The translations under genes and the position numbers were made by a program. Source: Phycisphaera mikurensis NBRC 102666 (GTDB taxonomy: Bacteria; Planctomycetota; Phycisphaerae; Phycisphaerales; Phycisphaeraceae). Taken from it: DNA of 32,000 nucleotides. Positions 1 to 9,392 of the stretch are shown piece after piece. The stretch's first letter is position 1. Every line of letters starts with the position of its first letter. The notes below the pieces were generated by a model. It ran no database searches and had not been told where the DNA came from. It saw nothing but the letters and a program-made list of their open reading frames with translations. Location of the stretch: positions 870,001 through 902,000 of the forward strand of contig NC_017080.1 of NCBI RefSeq assembly GCF_000284115.1, written 5' to 3'.

Positions 1-3000
1 ACCGCGATCCAGAACGCCGCCGAGGTGAGCTTCACCAGCCTGCCCGGCGACGGCACCGACGCCGGCACCGGGGGCAACGGCACCGGATTGGCGGCGGGCA
101 CGCCGGGCGGGACCCAGGGCGAGCGGACCGGCGCCGGCGGCGTGAACGACCACGTCGACACGGACGCGGATCTCGGCACCACGGCCTCCCCCACCATCGA
201 CCTGCTGGCGCCCGCCACCGCCGCGGCCTCCGTCGGCGACGAGGTGACCTGGGAGGCCCGGGTCACGCTGCCCGAGGGGCGGACCCGGAGCTTCAGCGCG
301 AGCTTCGACGTTCCCGACGGCCTGGCCGTGACCGGCTGGCGCATCGTGCCCGGCGGCTTCGCCGGCACGCTGCCCACCCCCACCCAGACCTCCGGCGGAG
401 CCAGCGGGGAGGACCTGACGCTCTCCTTCGGCGACCTCACCAACCCCGCCGACGGCGGCGGCGGCAACGACGGCTTCCGCATCGAGTTCGACACCGTCGT
501 GGTCGACGAGGCCGCCAACGCCGACGGCGCCCGCCGCACGCTGCTCGCCAATCTGGACTTTGTCGACGGGCAGGACGACGCCAGGGACGACCGGGACGCC
601 ACGGCGGAGAGCGTGACGGTGGTCGAACCGGATCTCTCGGTCGCCACCGCCGCGTCGGGCGGGGCCACCGCGAGCGACCCGGTCACCTTCGTGACCACGG
701 TCGTGCACACGCCCGGCAGCTCCGCCACGGCCTACGACCTCTCCTTCGCCGACGCCGCCCCGGCCGGCTTCGTGGTCACCGGGATCGCCGGGGTGGCGGC
801 CGCTCCGGGCACCACGCTCCCCGCCGGGCTCAACGCGGCCTCGTTCGAGGTCGCTCCCGATGGGCGGTCCGTCCGCCTGGTCGCCGGCGTCGCCGAGGCG
901 CTGGACCTGCCGCTGGGCACCGGCTTCGAGCTCACCTGGACCGCGTCCGCGACGGCCGAGGCCCTCGCCGGCGCTGCCTATGCGAACGACGCGCAGCTCG
1001 CCTGGACGAGCACCGACGGCGAGCCGGGGGCCGGCGAGCCGGGCGAGCGCGACGGCAGCGACGGCGTCGGGTCGGCCCCCGCCTACCAGCAGGACGCCAG
1101 CGGCCTGGTGGTGGTGGAGGCGGAGCGGTACCACGGCAGCAGCGACGGCAGGGATTCGATGTGGTCCGTCATCGACGCGGGCGGCGGCGCCACCGCCGTG
1201 CGCGCCGATCCCAACGCGGGGCTCAACACCGACACCGACCTCGCCTCGCTGTCGCCCCGGCTGGATTACCGCGTGGAGTTCGACCGCAGCGGCACGCACT
1301 ACGTGTGGGTCCGGATGCGGGCCGATCCCGACTTCCCCGGCGGCAACGACAGCCTCCACATCGGCCTCGACGGGGCGAGGATCGCGTCCTCGGACCGGAT
1401 CTCCGCGAGCAACCAGACCGAGTTCATCTGGACTCGGAACACGATGGACAGCGCGGAGACCCGGGCCCACATCGACGGCATCACCGCCGGTGAGCACACG
1501 CTGAACCTGTGGATGCGCGAGGACGGCGTGGAGGTGGACCGGATCCTGCTCACCGACGACGGGTCCTTCACGCCGGGCTCGGGCGTGGGACCCCCGGCGA
1601 GCGCCGGCGGCCCCGACGGCACGACCGACCGCTACGCGGCGGAGGCTTCGGCCGAGCGGACGCTTCCGGCGGACCTCAGCCTCACCAAGCGCTTCCACGG
1701 CGACCCCGCCGCCGGCGGCACCATCGACTCGGCCGCGATCGGCGACACGGTCACCGTCGAGCTGGTGCTGGACCTCTCCGAGGGCACCACCTCCGGCGTG
1801 TCCATCGCCGAGCGGATCCCCGCGGGCCTCCGCCTCGTGGACGGCAGCCTGCGGCTGCTCTTCGACGCCGGCGTCTCCGCGCCCGACGCGGCCGACGCGT
1901 TCAGCGTCGCGGCCAACGGCGTGGACCACACGCTGTCGCTGGGGGACGTCGTCGTCGAGCCCGACGGCGGCTCGGGCAACGACCGCGTCACCATCCGCTA
2001 CGAGGCGGTCGTCGAGAACGCCGCGGCCACCACGGCGGCCACCTTCTTTCGGGAAGCCGCGACGGCGTCCGCCACCGCCGGCGGCGGCGTCAGCGACAGC
2101 GGGGTCGATCGCCTCGACGTCGACGAGGCCGACCTGACGCTTGCGTCGTCGGTGATCGGCACCTCCCGGCCGGACGGCGACACCGACGCCATCGAGGCCG
2201 GCGACACCGTCACCTACCGCGCAGAGGTCGCGCACGCCGCCACCAGCGAGGCGGGCGCCTTCGACCTGACGCTCACCGACGCCGCGGCCGACGGCCTGCT
2301 GATCACGGCCCTTGACGCGGTAAGCGGCAGTTCCGGATTGACCGCCGCCGACTTCGAGATCGTCGACGCCGGCGGGAACGCCGTGACCGACGGCAGCGGC
2401 GGGGTGGGGATCCGCCTTCTGCCCGGCCGCGACCTCGCCGAGGGCCAGACGCTGCGGGTCGACTACGTCGCCACCGCGCAGGCGGGCGTCTCCGCCGGCG
2501 CTGCCCTCGCCACCGACCTGCGGCTGACCTTCACCTCCACCGACGGCTCGAACGCCGACGAGCGGAACGGGTCGGCGTCGCCCGGCTTCAACGACCACTT
2601 CCGCGCCGCCAGCGCCTCCGCCACGGCGGGCGACGCCTTCGAGCTGACCAAGGCCGTGGCCGACGCCGGCGGCGACGGCGGGGCCGCGGTCGGCGAGACG
2701 CTGACCTACACGCTGACGCTGGAGCTCTTCGAGGGCACGACCGACGGCGTCCAGATCGCGGACGTCCTCCCCGGAGGCGTCCGCATCCTCGACGGCACCG
2801 TCGCCGTCGCCTTCGGCACGCCGGGCACGACGACGAGCAACACGATCCCCGCGACGGTCGTCCCCAGCGGGCAGGACCTGCTCTTCGACCTCGGCACGGT
2901 CGTCGTCCCCGGCGACGGCAGCGGGAGCAACAACACCGTCACGATCACCTACGACGCGGTCGTGGAGAACGCCGCTTCGAACCACCGGGACGCCACGCTC

Positions 3001-6000
3001 GCCTCCGGCGCCACCGCATCGGCGACGCCCGCGGCCGGCGACCTCGCCGCCACCGCGACGCCCGCGTCCATCGACGTCGACGAGGCGGACCTGACGCTGC
3101 AGACCGCCATCGTCGGAACCTCCCGCCCCGGTGACGCGACGGCCGGCATCGAGGCCGGGGACACCCTCACGTACCGCACCTCCGTCGCCCATGCGCCCGG
3201 CAGCGAAGCCGCGGCGTACGACCTGCTGCTCCGCGACGACGCCGCGGAGGGCCTGCGGATCACCTCCATCGACCGCGTGCTCGGCGCATCGGGCCTCGCC
3301 GCCGGCGACTTCCGGATCGTCGACGCCGCGGGCGACCCGGTGGCGCCCGGCGTCGGCGGCGTCGCGATCGAGCTGCTGCCCGGCCGCGACCTCGGGCTGG
3401 CGGAGTCCTTTGAGGTGGAGTACACGGCGACGGCGCAGGCCGACCTCGCCGCGGGCGCCACCCTCGCCAGCGACGCGCGGCTGACCTTCACCTCCACCGA
3501 CGGGCCCAACGCCGACGAGCGGGACGGATCCGGCGACTCCGCCGAGGACGACTTCGTCCGCTCCGCGGCGGTCGCGGCGTCCGCCGGCGACCGCCTGGAG
3601 CTCACCAAGACCGTGTCCGAGCCCTCGGGCAACGGCGGGGCGGAGATCGGCGAGACGCTGACGTACACGCTCCGCCTCGCGCTCATCGAGGGCGTCACCG
3701 AGGCGGTCACGATCGCCGAGCGCCTGCCCGACGGCGTGACGCTCGTGCCCGGGAGCGTCGCCGTCACCGGCGGCACGGCCGGGACCACCTTCGGCAACCC
3801 CGACGCCGCGACCGACTTCGTCCAGACCGGCCGGGACCTCGCCTTCACCCTGGGCGACGTCGCGATCCCCGCCGACGCCTCGGCGACCAACGCGACGGTG
3901 ACGCTGACCTACGACGTCACGGTCGACAACGCGGCGGGGCTCCAGCGGGGCACGCCGCTCGCCTCGGCGGCGACCGCCTCCGGCGGCGGCCCGGGCGTGG
4001 CCGACAGCACCGACGACGCCGCGCTCGCGGTGGCCGAGCCCGAGCTGACGGTGGCCACGGCCATCGACGGCACCAGCCGCCCCGGCGGCGCGACGAGCGG
4101 GCTCGAAGCGGGCGACACCGTGCGGTACGCGACGACCCTCGAGCACGCCGGAGGCAGCGACGCGACCGGCCACGATGCGATCCTGGTGATCCGCGCCGCG
4201 CCGGGGACCTCGTTCACCTCGCTGGCGGACGTGACGATCGGCGGCTCCAACGCCCTGGGCCTGACGGCCGCGGACTTCGAGCTCTTCGACGCCGGCGGCG
4301 GGCCGGACACCGGCCTGCGGCTGATCGACCCCGGCGGCGCGGACCTGGGCGTCGGCGAGCGGCTCGAGATCGGGTACACGGCGGTCGTCGGCGTCGGCGT
4401 GGAGCAGAACGCGCAGCTCGACGCGATCGCCACGGCGGCGTGGAGCTCCCTGGACGGAGCCGTACCCGGCGAGCGGGACGGCGGCGACGGCGTGGGTGGC
4501 CCGCTCGACGATTACGCGGCAACCGCCACGGGCTCCGTCGAGAGCGGGCAGTCGCTGGCGGTCGTCTCCAGCGTGTCCACCCCCGCCGGCGACGGCTCGG
4601 CGACCGTCGGCGAGGTGGTGACCTACGCCTTCGCGGTGGAGGTGCCCGAGGGCACCACCGAGGCCGTCGTGCTCGACCTGGTGCTCCCCGCCGCGGTGCA
4701 GCCCGTGCTCGACGACGCGGCCCGCCCGCCGGCGCTGGCCGCCGCCGCCGGCAACGCCGGCATCGCGTCGGGCTTCGCGGGGGTCGCCTCCTTCACCGAC
4801 CTCGGCGGCGGCCGCTACCGCGTGGACCTCGGCGACGTGGTCAACCCCGACAACGGCGTCGACGGCGACGAGACCGTCACGCTGACCTTCGACGCCCGCG
4901 TGCTCGACCGGCCGGCCAACGCCAACGGGGCGCTGCCCAACGCGACCGCCTCGGTGGCCACGACCTCCGGCGGCGGGCTCACGGCCACCGACCCGCAAGC
5001 CTCCTTCCGCGTCGACGAGCCGGAGCTGGGCCTGACCAAGACGGTCGACAACGCCACGCCGCGGCTGGGCGAGACGGTGACCTTCACCCTCGACACCGCG
5101 CACCTCGACGCCTCCACCGCCACCGCGCACGACCTGGTGATCACCGACGCGATGCCCCCGGGGCTGACCCTGGACGCGGGCAGCGTGGTGGTGCGGGTCG
5201 ACGGCGTCGCCTTCCCCGCGGGCGTGGTCGCCGGCAACGGCCCCGGCGACGCCTCCGTCCGCGTCGACCTCTCCTCCCTCCCCGAGGGGGTGGCGGTCCG
5301 CGTCACCTACGCGGCGGTGGTCACCTCCGACCCCGCGGCCTTCGGCGACACGCTCGACGCCCCCGCCGGCCTGGCCTGGGACTCCCTCGCCGCCGACGAC
5401 GGCGGCACCGACTCGGAGGACCGCGACGGCTTCGTCACCGACACGACCGACGCGCCGACCGTCATCTCCGGTGCCGACCTCGTCGTCAGCGTCGACGACG
5501 GCGCCGCGGACCGCGTGCCCGGCGAGACGTTCTCGTACGCCGTCCGCGTCGAGAACCCGGCGCTCCCGCACGGGCTCGCCGCCCGCGGCGTGGTGGTGAC
5601 CGCGGTGGTGCCCGAAGGCCTCACCTTCATCGGGACCACCGGGGCCGGGTCGGACTGGGCCGCGTACGACGCGGCGACCCGCACCCTCACCTCCACCGCC
5701 CGCGGCATCGCCACGGGCGCGGCGGACACGCTGGCGGTGGACGTCCGCGTCGACAACGCCGCGGCCTCGGGCCTGGAGAGCTTCACGCTCGGAGCCAGCG
5801 CGACGCAGCAGGACCTCGAGCCCACCCCCGCCGACAACGCGGCGAGCGACACGGACACCCTCCGCGCCGCCCCCGACTACGCCGTCGAGGTGACCGACTC
5901 GGTCGCTCCCGGCGAAGCCCTCGAGCCCGGCGACACGATCCGCTACGGCGTCGTCGCCTCCAACGTCGGCAACCAGGACGGCACCGACGTCGTCGTCACG

Positions 6001-7452
6001 CTCCGGCTCGACCCCGCGGCGATCGAGGACGTCCAGCCCTCCGGCAACGGCGTCTACGACCCCGCCACCGGCGTGGTGACCTGGACGCTCCCGACCCTCG
6101 CCGCCGAGGGCCCCGGCGCGACGCCGGCCCCCGGCAGCAGCGCCGCCTTCACCGTGGACGCCACCGTCCGCGGGGACCTCTCCGCGACGATCGTGAGCTT
6201 CACCGGCGACGCGGCGATCGCCGACGACGGCGGCGACGGGGCGGATCCCGACGCAAGCAACAACGGCTCCGCCGGCGTGCCGGTCGCGCTGGAGGCGGTG
6301 CCGAACCTGGGCGTGACGATCAGCGACGGCCTCGACGGCGCCTCGCCCGGCGACGAGACCGCCTACGTGGTGACGCTGAGCAACGCCGGCCCCGGGCAGG
6401 AGGCGGTGAACGCGGTGGTGGAGGTGACCCTCCCCGAGTCGGTGCTCCGCGTCACCACCGTCGGGACCGGCCCGGACGCGGTGGACGTGGCGGCGATCGC
6501 CGACCCCGCCACCGGCGTCGCGACCTTCTCGGGCATCGCCCGCACGGCCGACGGCGTGGAGGTGCCCTACACCGCCACGCTGACGCCGGCGTCGGCCTCG
6601 GCCGAGCCGGGCAGCGGCAACGCGACGCTCCGCTACGCCTTCGCCTCGGTGCCGGTGGGCGTGGTCCTCCCGCTGGTCCACAACACGGAGCTGCTCGACC
6701 CGCCGCCCTCGGGCGTGCGGTCGTACGCCAGCTCGGTGACGGTCGCCGACGACGGGACCAACGGCCTCGAGCGGGACCTCCGCAACAACACCGCGACCGA
6801 CGCGAACAGCCTCGACGTCTTCGTTTTCGACTCCGGAACGGACGCCCGCCCCGGCGGCTCGGGCTCGGGCTTCTCCGCCGGGCCGCGGGCCTACGGCGTG
6901 GCGGCGGGCTTCGACGACGGCTTCCGCAGCTTCGCCTCGTCCGACCGGGCGCCCGACCCGGTCTACAGCGGCAACGCCGCGCCGGGCGCCTCGGTCAGCG
7001 TCGACCTCTACGACGACCAGGGCAACCGCATCGGCAGCCGGAGCGTCACCGCCGACGCGGCCGGGAGCTGGTCGCTCTCGCTGCCCTCGGCGATCATCCA
7101 CAGCGAGAACCGCGTGGAGGCGCCCCCCGTCTTCGCCGAGGCCCGCAACTTCGGCTACGGGCACCGGCTCTTCGACGACCGCCTGTCTTCGCTGGGGTAC
7201 GACGTCGCCGGCGGCGGCAACACGGTGGGCACGCTGCTGGGGCCGGGCTCCTTCACCGCGGTGGTCGGCAGCCAGGCGGGGACGCTCGGCGGCGGGCTCG
7301 ACGGCGAGACGCCGATCACCGGCTTCACGCCGGCGACCGGCCAGCGGGCCTTCGTCACCGGTGCCCTGAACGTCCCCGCGGTGTTCGCGGACGCGGCGGG
7401 CCCGAGTGTGGCCGCCGCGGCGGAGGCGGCGAGGCGCCCGCTGGCGGGCTGA
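1..7452 (+). CDS. Giant modular surface/secreted protein with DUF11-like (isopeptide/Ig-like) repeats and an inserted carbohydrate-binding-like module; 5' partial
   Basis: Frame 1 is open from base 1 (T A I Q N A A E V S F T S L...), so the GTG at 25 is not the true start. Repeated DUF11-like blocks such as GDTLTYRTSVAHAPGSEAAAYDLLLRDDAAEGL and GETLTYTLRLALIEGVTEAVTIAERLPDGV. Ends ...ARRPLAG* at 7452. Confidence 0.9.
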   Translation, partial: TAIQNAAEVSFTSLPGDGTDAGTGGNGTGLAAGTPGGTQGERTGAGGVNDHVDTDADLGTTASPTIDLLAPATAAASVGDEVTWEARVTLPEGRTRSFSASFDVPDGLAVTGWRIVPGGFAGTLPTPTQTSGGASGEDLTLSFGDLTNPADGGGGNDGFRIEFDTVVVDEAANADGARRTLLANLDFVDGQDDARDDRDATAESVTVVEPDLSVATAASGGATASDPVTFVTTVVHTPGSSATAYDLSFADAAPAGFVVTGIAGVAAAPGTTLPAGLNAASFEVAPDGRSVRLVAGVAEALDLPLGTGFELTWTASATAEALAGAAYANDAQLAWTSTDGEPGAGEPGERDGSDGVGSAPAYQQDASGLVVVEAERYHGSSDGRDSMWSVIDAGGGATAVRADPNAGLNTDTDLASLSPRLDYRVEFDRSGTHYVWVRMRADPDFPGGNDSLHIGLDGARIASSDRISASNQTEFIWTRNTMDSAETRAHIDGITAGEHTLNLWMREDGVEVDRILLTDDGSFTPGSGVGPPASAGGPDGTTDRYAAEASAERTLPADLSLTKRFHGDPAAGGTIDSAAIGDTVTVELVLDLSEGTTSGVSIAERIPAGLRLVDGSLRLLFDAGVSAPDAADAFSVAANGVDHTLSLGDVVVEPDGGSGNDRVTIRYEAVVENAAATTAATFFREAATASATAGGGVSDSGVDRLDVDEADLTLASSVIGTSRPDGDTDAIEAGDTVTYRAEVAHAATSEAGAFDLTLTDAAADGLLITALDAVSGSSGLTAADFEIVDAGGNAVTDGSGGVGIRLLPGRDLAEGQTLRVDYVATAQAGVSAGAALATDLRLTFTSTDGSNADERNGSASPGFNDHFRAASASATAGDAFELTKAVADAGGDGGAAVGETLTYTLTLELFEGTTDGVQIADVLPGGVRILDGTVAVAFGTPGTTTSNTIPATVVPSGQDLLFDLGTVVVPGDGSGSNNTVTITYDAVVENAASNHRDATLASGATASATPAAGDLAATATPASIDVDEADLTLQTAIVGTSRPGDATAGIEAGDTLTYRTSVAHAPGSEAAAYDLLLRDDAAEGLRITSIDRVLGASGLAAGDFRIVDAAGDPVAPGVGGVAIELLPGRDLGLAESFEVEYTATAQADLAAGATLASDARLTFTSTDGPNADERDGSGDSAEDDFVRSAAVAASAGDRLELTKTVSEPSGNGGAEIGETLTYTLRLALIEGVTEAVTIAERLPDGVTLVPGSVAVTGGTAGTTFGNPDAATDFVQTGRDLAFTLGDVAIPADASATNATVTLTYDVTVDNAAGLQRGTPLASAATASGGGPGVADSTDDAALAVAEPELTVATAIDGTSRPGGATSGLEAGDTVRYATTLEHAGGSDATGHDAILVIRAAPGTSFTSLADVTIGGSNALGLTAADFELFDAGGGPDTGLRLIDPGGADLGVGERLEIGYTAVVGVGVEQNAQLDAIATAAWSSLDGAVPGERDGGDGVGGPLDDYAATATGSVESGQSLAVVSSVSTPAGDGSATVGEVVTYAFAVEVPEGTTEAVVLDLVLPAAVQPVLDDAARPPALAAAAGNAGIASGFAGVASFTDLGGGRYRVDLGDVVNPDNGVDGDETVTLTFDARVLDRPANANGALPNATASVATTSGGGLTATDPQASFRVDEPELGLTKTVDNATPRLGETVTFTLDTAHLDASTATAHDLVITDAMPPGLTLDAGSVVVRVDGVAFPAGVVAGNGPGDASVRVDLSSLPEGVAVRVTYAAVVTSDPAAFGDTLDAPAGLAWDSLAADDGGTDSEDRDGFVTDTTDAPTVISGADLVVSVDDGAADRVPGETFSYAVRVENPALPHGLAARGVVVTAVVPEGLTFIGTTGAGSDWAAYDAATRTLTSTARGIATGAADTLAVDVRVDNAAASGLESFTLGASATQQDLEPTPADNAASDTDTLRAAPDYAVEVTDSVAPGEALEPGDTIRYGVVASNVGNQDGTDVVVTLRLDPAAIEDVQPSGNGVYDPATGVVTWTLPTLAAEGPGATPAPGSSAAFTVDATVRGDLSATIVSFTGDAAIADDGGDGADPDASNNGSAGVPVALEAVPNLGVTISDGLDGASPGDETAYVVTLSNAGPGQEAVNAVVEVTLPESVLRVTTVGTGPDAVDVAAIADPATGVATFSGIARTADGVEVPYTATLTPASASAEPGSGNATLRYAFASVPVGVVLPLVHNTELLDPPPSGVRSYASSVTVADDGTNGLERDLRNNTATDANSLDVFVFDSGTDARPGGSGSGFSAGPRAYGVAAGFDDGFRSFASSDRAPDPVYSGNAAPGASVSVDLYDDQGNRIGSRSVTADAAGSWSLSLPSAIIHSENRVEAPPVFAEARNFGYGHRLFDDRLSSLGYDVAGGGNTVGTLLGPGSFTAVVGSQAGTLGGGLDGETPITGFTPATGQRAFVTGALNVPAVFADAAGPSVAAAAEAARRPLAG
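1090..1590 (+). other. Carbohydrate-binding-like module inserted between DUF11-type repeats
   Basis: Translation GLVVVEAERYHG...TDLASLSPRLDYRVEFDRSGTHYVWVRMRADPDFPGGNDSLHIGLDG...GEHTLNLWMREDGVEVDRILLTDD has the look of the beta-sandwich modules (CBM / GH115 C-terminal-like) attached to glycoside hydrolases. Confidence 0.6.
1660..5030 (+). repeat. Protein-level alternating A/B supermodule of about 319 aa
   Basis: 'ctgaccttcacctccaccgacgg...aacgccgacgagcgg' at 2524 recurs at 3481, 957 bp (319 codons) later. 'ELTK.V...G..A.IGETLTYTL.L' alternates with 'DLTL...I.GTSRP.G....IEAGDT..YR..VAHA'. Confidence 0.75.
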
Positions 7453-7453
7453 T

Positions 7454-7501
7454 CCCGCGGACCGCGGCCGTTTCCGGCCGGAACCGTCTGCGGTCCGCGG
7501 G
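7454..7501. terminator. GC-rich inverted repeat downstream of the giant gene
   Basis: CCCGCGGACCGC (7454-7465) and GCGGTCCGCGGG (7490-7501) are perfect 12-bp reverse complements; a nested CGGCCG-tttc-CGGCCG lies at 7465-7480. No T-tract. Confidence 0.5.
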
Positions 7502-7604
7502 GTCCGCGGGGTCGCCGGCGGCGGCTCCGATAAGGGCCGCGGCAACGCCGGCTCCGGCCGGACGCCGGGACGGCCGATGACGCCGGTCGCCGGAACCGCC
7601 CGCC

Positions 7605-9392
7605 ATGACCCAGACCGCCACCGCCACCTCGCCCCCCGCCGCGACGGCGGCTGCGCCGGCCCTGCGGCTGACGCGGGGACAGGCCCAGCCGGGTCCGGAC
7701 GAGTGCTTCGCCCGCCTCCGGAGCTTCCGCGGGCCCACGGAGGCCTTCCTCGCCGAGCTGCTCGGGCTGCAGGCGGCGCTGGCCGGCGCCGTGGCCGGGT
7801 GGGTCTTCGCGGCGGGATCGGCCGAGCCGCTGGCGGCGACGGGGGCGGTGGACGCGGCCTCCACCGCGCGGGCGGCGGCGCTGGCTGCGGGCGAGGCTTC
7901 CCCGCCGGGCCCGTTCCGTCTGCAGCCGCTGGCCGGGCCCGAGGGCCCGGTGACGGTGCTCCGCCTCCCGGTCCCGGTCGCGGCGGGGGCCGACGCCGTC
8001 ACCCGCGAGCGGCTCGCGCTCACCGCGACGCTCTACGGCCTGCACGAGCAGCGGCTCGCCGCCGAGCGGGCGGGCGCCGGCCTGGCGGTCGCGGCGATCG
8101 CGGCGGTGGCCGGGGAAGAGGCGTCCTTCGAGGCGGGGGCGCTCGCGCTGGCGGCGGCGCTGGTGGACCGGCTGGGACCCGGTGCCCAGGCGGCGGCGGT
8201 GGGCTGGCCCGGCCGCGGCGGGCGGGTCCGGGTGGCGGCGATCGCGCCGCTCACCGACGCCGACGCCGGCACGTCCGCCCACCAGGCGCTGGCGGCGGCG
8301 CTCGCGGAGGCGAGCCGGTCTCCGCTGCCGCACACGGACCCCGCGGCCGCCCTCGCGGCGGAGGCGCTGGGCACGCCCGCCGCCGCCGCCGTCGCGGCCC
8401 GGCCCGGGGAGCCCGCGGCCGGGCCGGTGCTGCTGCTGGGCTTCGACCCCGCCCGGCTGGATCCGGGGCTGGCGGCGGCGCGGCTGGCCGCCGTCGCCGC
8501 CGCCGCCCGGGGCCCGCTGGCGTTGCTGGCGCGGGCCGATCGGCCGCTCGCGGGGCGCCTGCCCGAGGCTCTCGCCCGCGTGGCGGTCCGCGGAGGCGTC
8601 GGCCGGCGCGTGGTCGCGGCGGCGCTGGCCGTGGCGCTGGGGGCGGTCGCGCTGGTCCCGGTGCCGGCGACGGTGCGGGCGGGCTTCACCGCGGAGGCCG
8701 ACGGTGCCCGCACCGTGGCGGCCGCGGCCGAGGGCCAGCTCGCCTCGGTCGCGGTGATGCCCGGCGACGCGGTGCGCGCCGGGGTCACCGTGCTCGGGAC
8801 GCTCGCCACCGACGAGCTGCGGCTGGAGCGGGCCACCCTCCTCGCCGAGCGGAGCACCCACCGGCGCGAGGCTGACGACACGCGCGGCCACGACCCGACG
8901 GCCTCCCGCCTCGCGGAGCTGGAGGTCGAACGGCTCGACGCCGCGATTGCGCTCGCCGACCACCGCATCGCCGCGGCCCGGCTGGTCTCGCCGATCTCCG
9001 GGGTCGTGACCTCCCCGGACCTGCACCCGCGGATCGGCACGCCGGTCACGCGGGGGGAGACGCTCTTCGAGGTTGCCGACCCCGCGCGCCTGACCGCCGC
9101 GGTGGCCGTCCCCGAGGCGGTGGCGCACCGGGTGCGGGTGGGGGCCCGCGGCCGGCTGCGGCCGGCGTCGCACCCCGGGGTCTCGCTACCGGTCACCGTG
9201 ACGCGCCTCAGCCCCCGGGGCGAAGCCACCGCGGCCGGCACCGTGTTCCGCGTGGAGGTCGCCTTCGACCGCGTTCCCGGCTGGCTGAAGGAGGGTTCGC
9301 GGGGGCAGGCCCGGATCGACGCCGGCCACGCCCCGCTCCTGGGGCAGTGGGTGGGTCCGACGCTGGACGCGCTGCGGCTGCACATGCCATGA
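7605..9392 (+). CDS. HlyD-family / periplasmic adaptor-like protein with a long N-terminal (GAF-like) cytoplasmic region
   Basis: ATG at 7605. A ~320-aa N-terminal region precedes a TM segment (RRVVAAALAVALGAVALVPVPATVRAGF), then biotinyl/lipoyl-like AEGQLASVAVMPGDAVRAGVTVLGTL, a coiled coil, and ARLVSPISGVVTSPDLHPRIGTPVTRGETLFEVADPARL. Confidence 0.75.
   Translation: MTQTATATSPPAATAAAPALRLTRGQAQPGPDECFARLRSFRGPTEAFLAELLGLQAALAGAVAGWVFAAGSAEPLAATGAVDAASTARAAALAAGEASPPGPFRLQPLAGPEGPVTVLRLPVPVAAGADAVTRERLALTATLYGLHEQRLAAERAGAGLAVAAIAAVAGEEASFEAGALALAAALVDRLGPGAQAAAVGWPGRGGRVRVAAIAPLTDADAGTSAHQALAAALAEASRSPLPHTDPAAALAAEALGTPAAAAVAARPGEPAAGPVLLLGFDPARLDPGLAAARLAAVAAAARGPLALLARADRPLAGRLPEALARVAVRGGVGRRVVAAALAVALGAVALVPVPATVRAGFTAEADGARTVAAAAEGQLASVAVMPGDAVRAGVTVLGTLATDELRLERATLLAERSTHRREADDTRGHDPTASRLAELEVERLDAAIALADHRIAAARLVSPISGVVTSPDLHPRIGTPVTRGETLFEVADPARLTAAVAVPEAVAHRVRVGARGRLRPASHPGVSLPVTVTRLSPRGEATAAGTVFRVEVAFDRVPGWLKEGSRGQARIDAGHAPLLGQWVGPTLDALRLHMP

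Noticed and set aside
4440-7580. 1046-aa minus-strand ORF antisense to the giant protein
   Set aside because: Arg/Gly/Ala/Pro-rich low-complexity translation typical of a shadow frame in very GC-rich DNA; the plus frame carries recognisable repeated domains.
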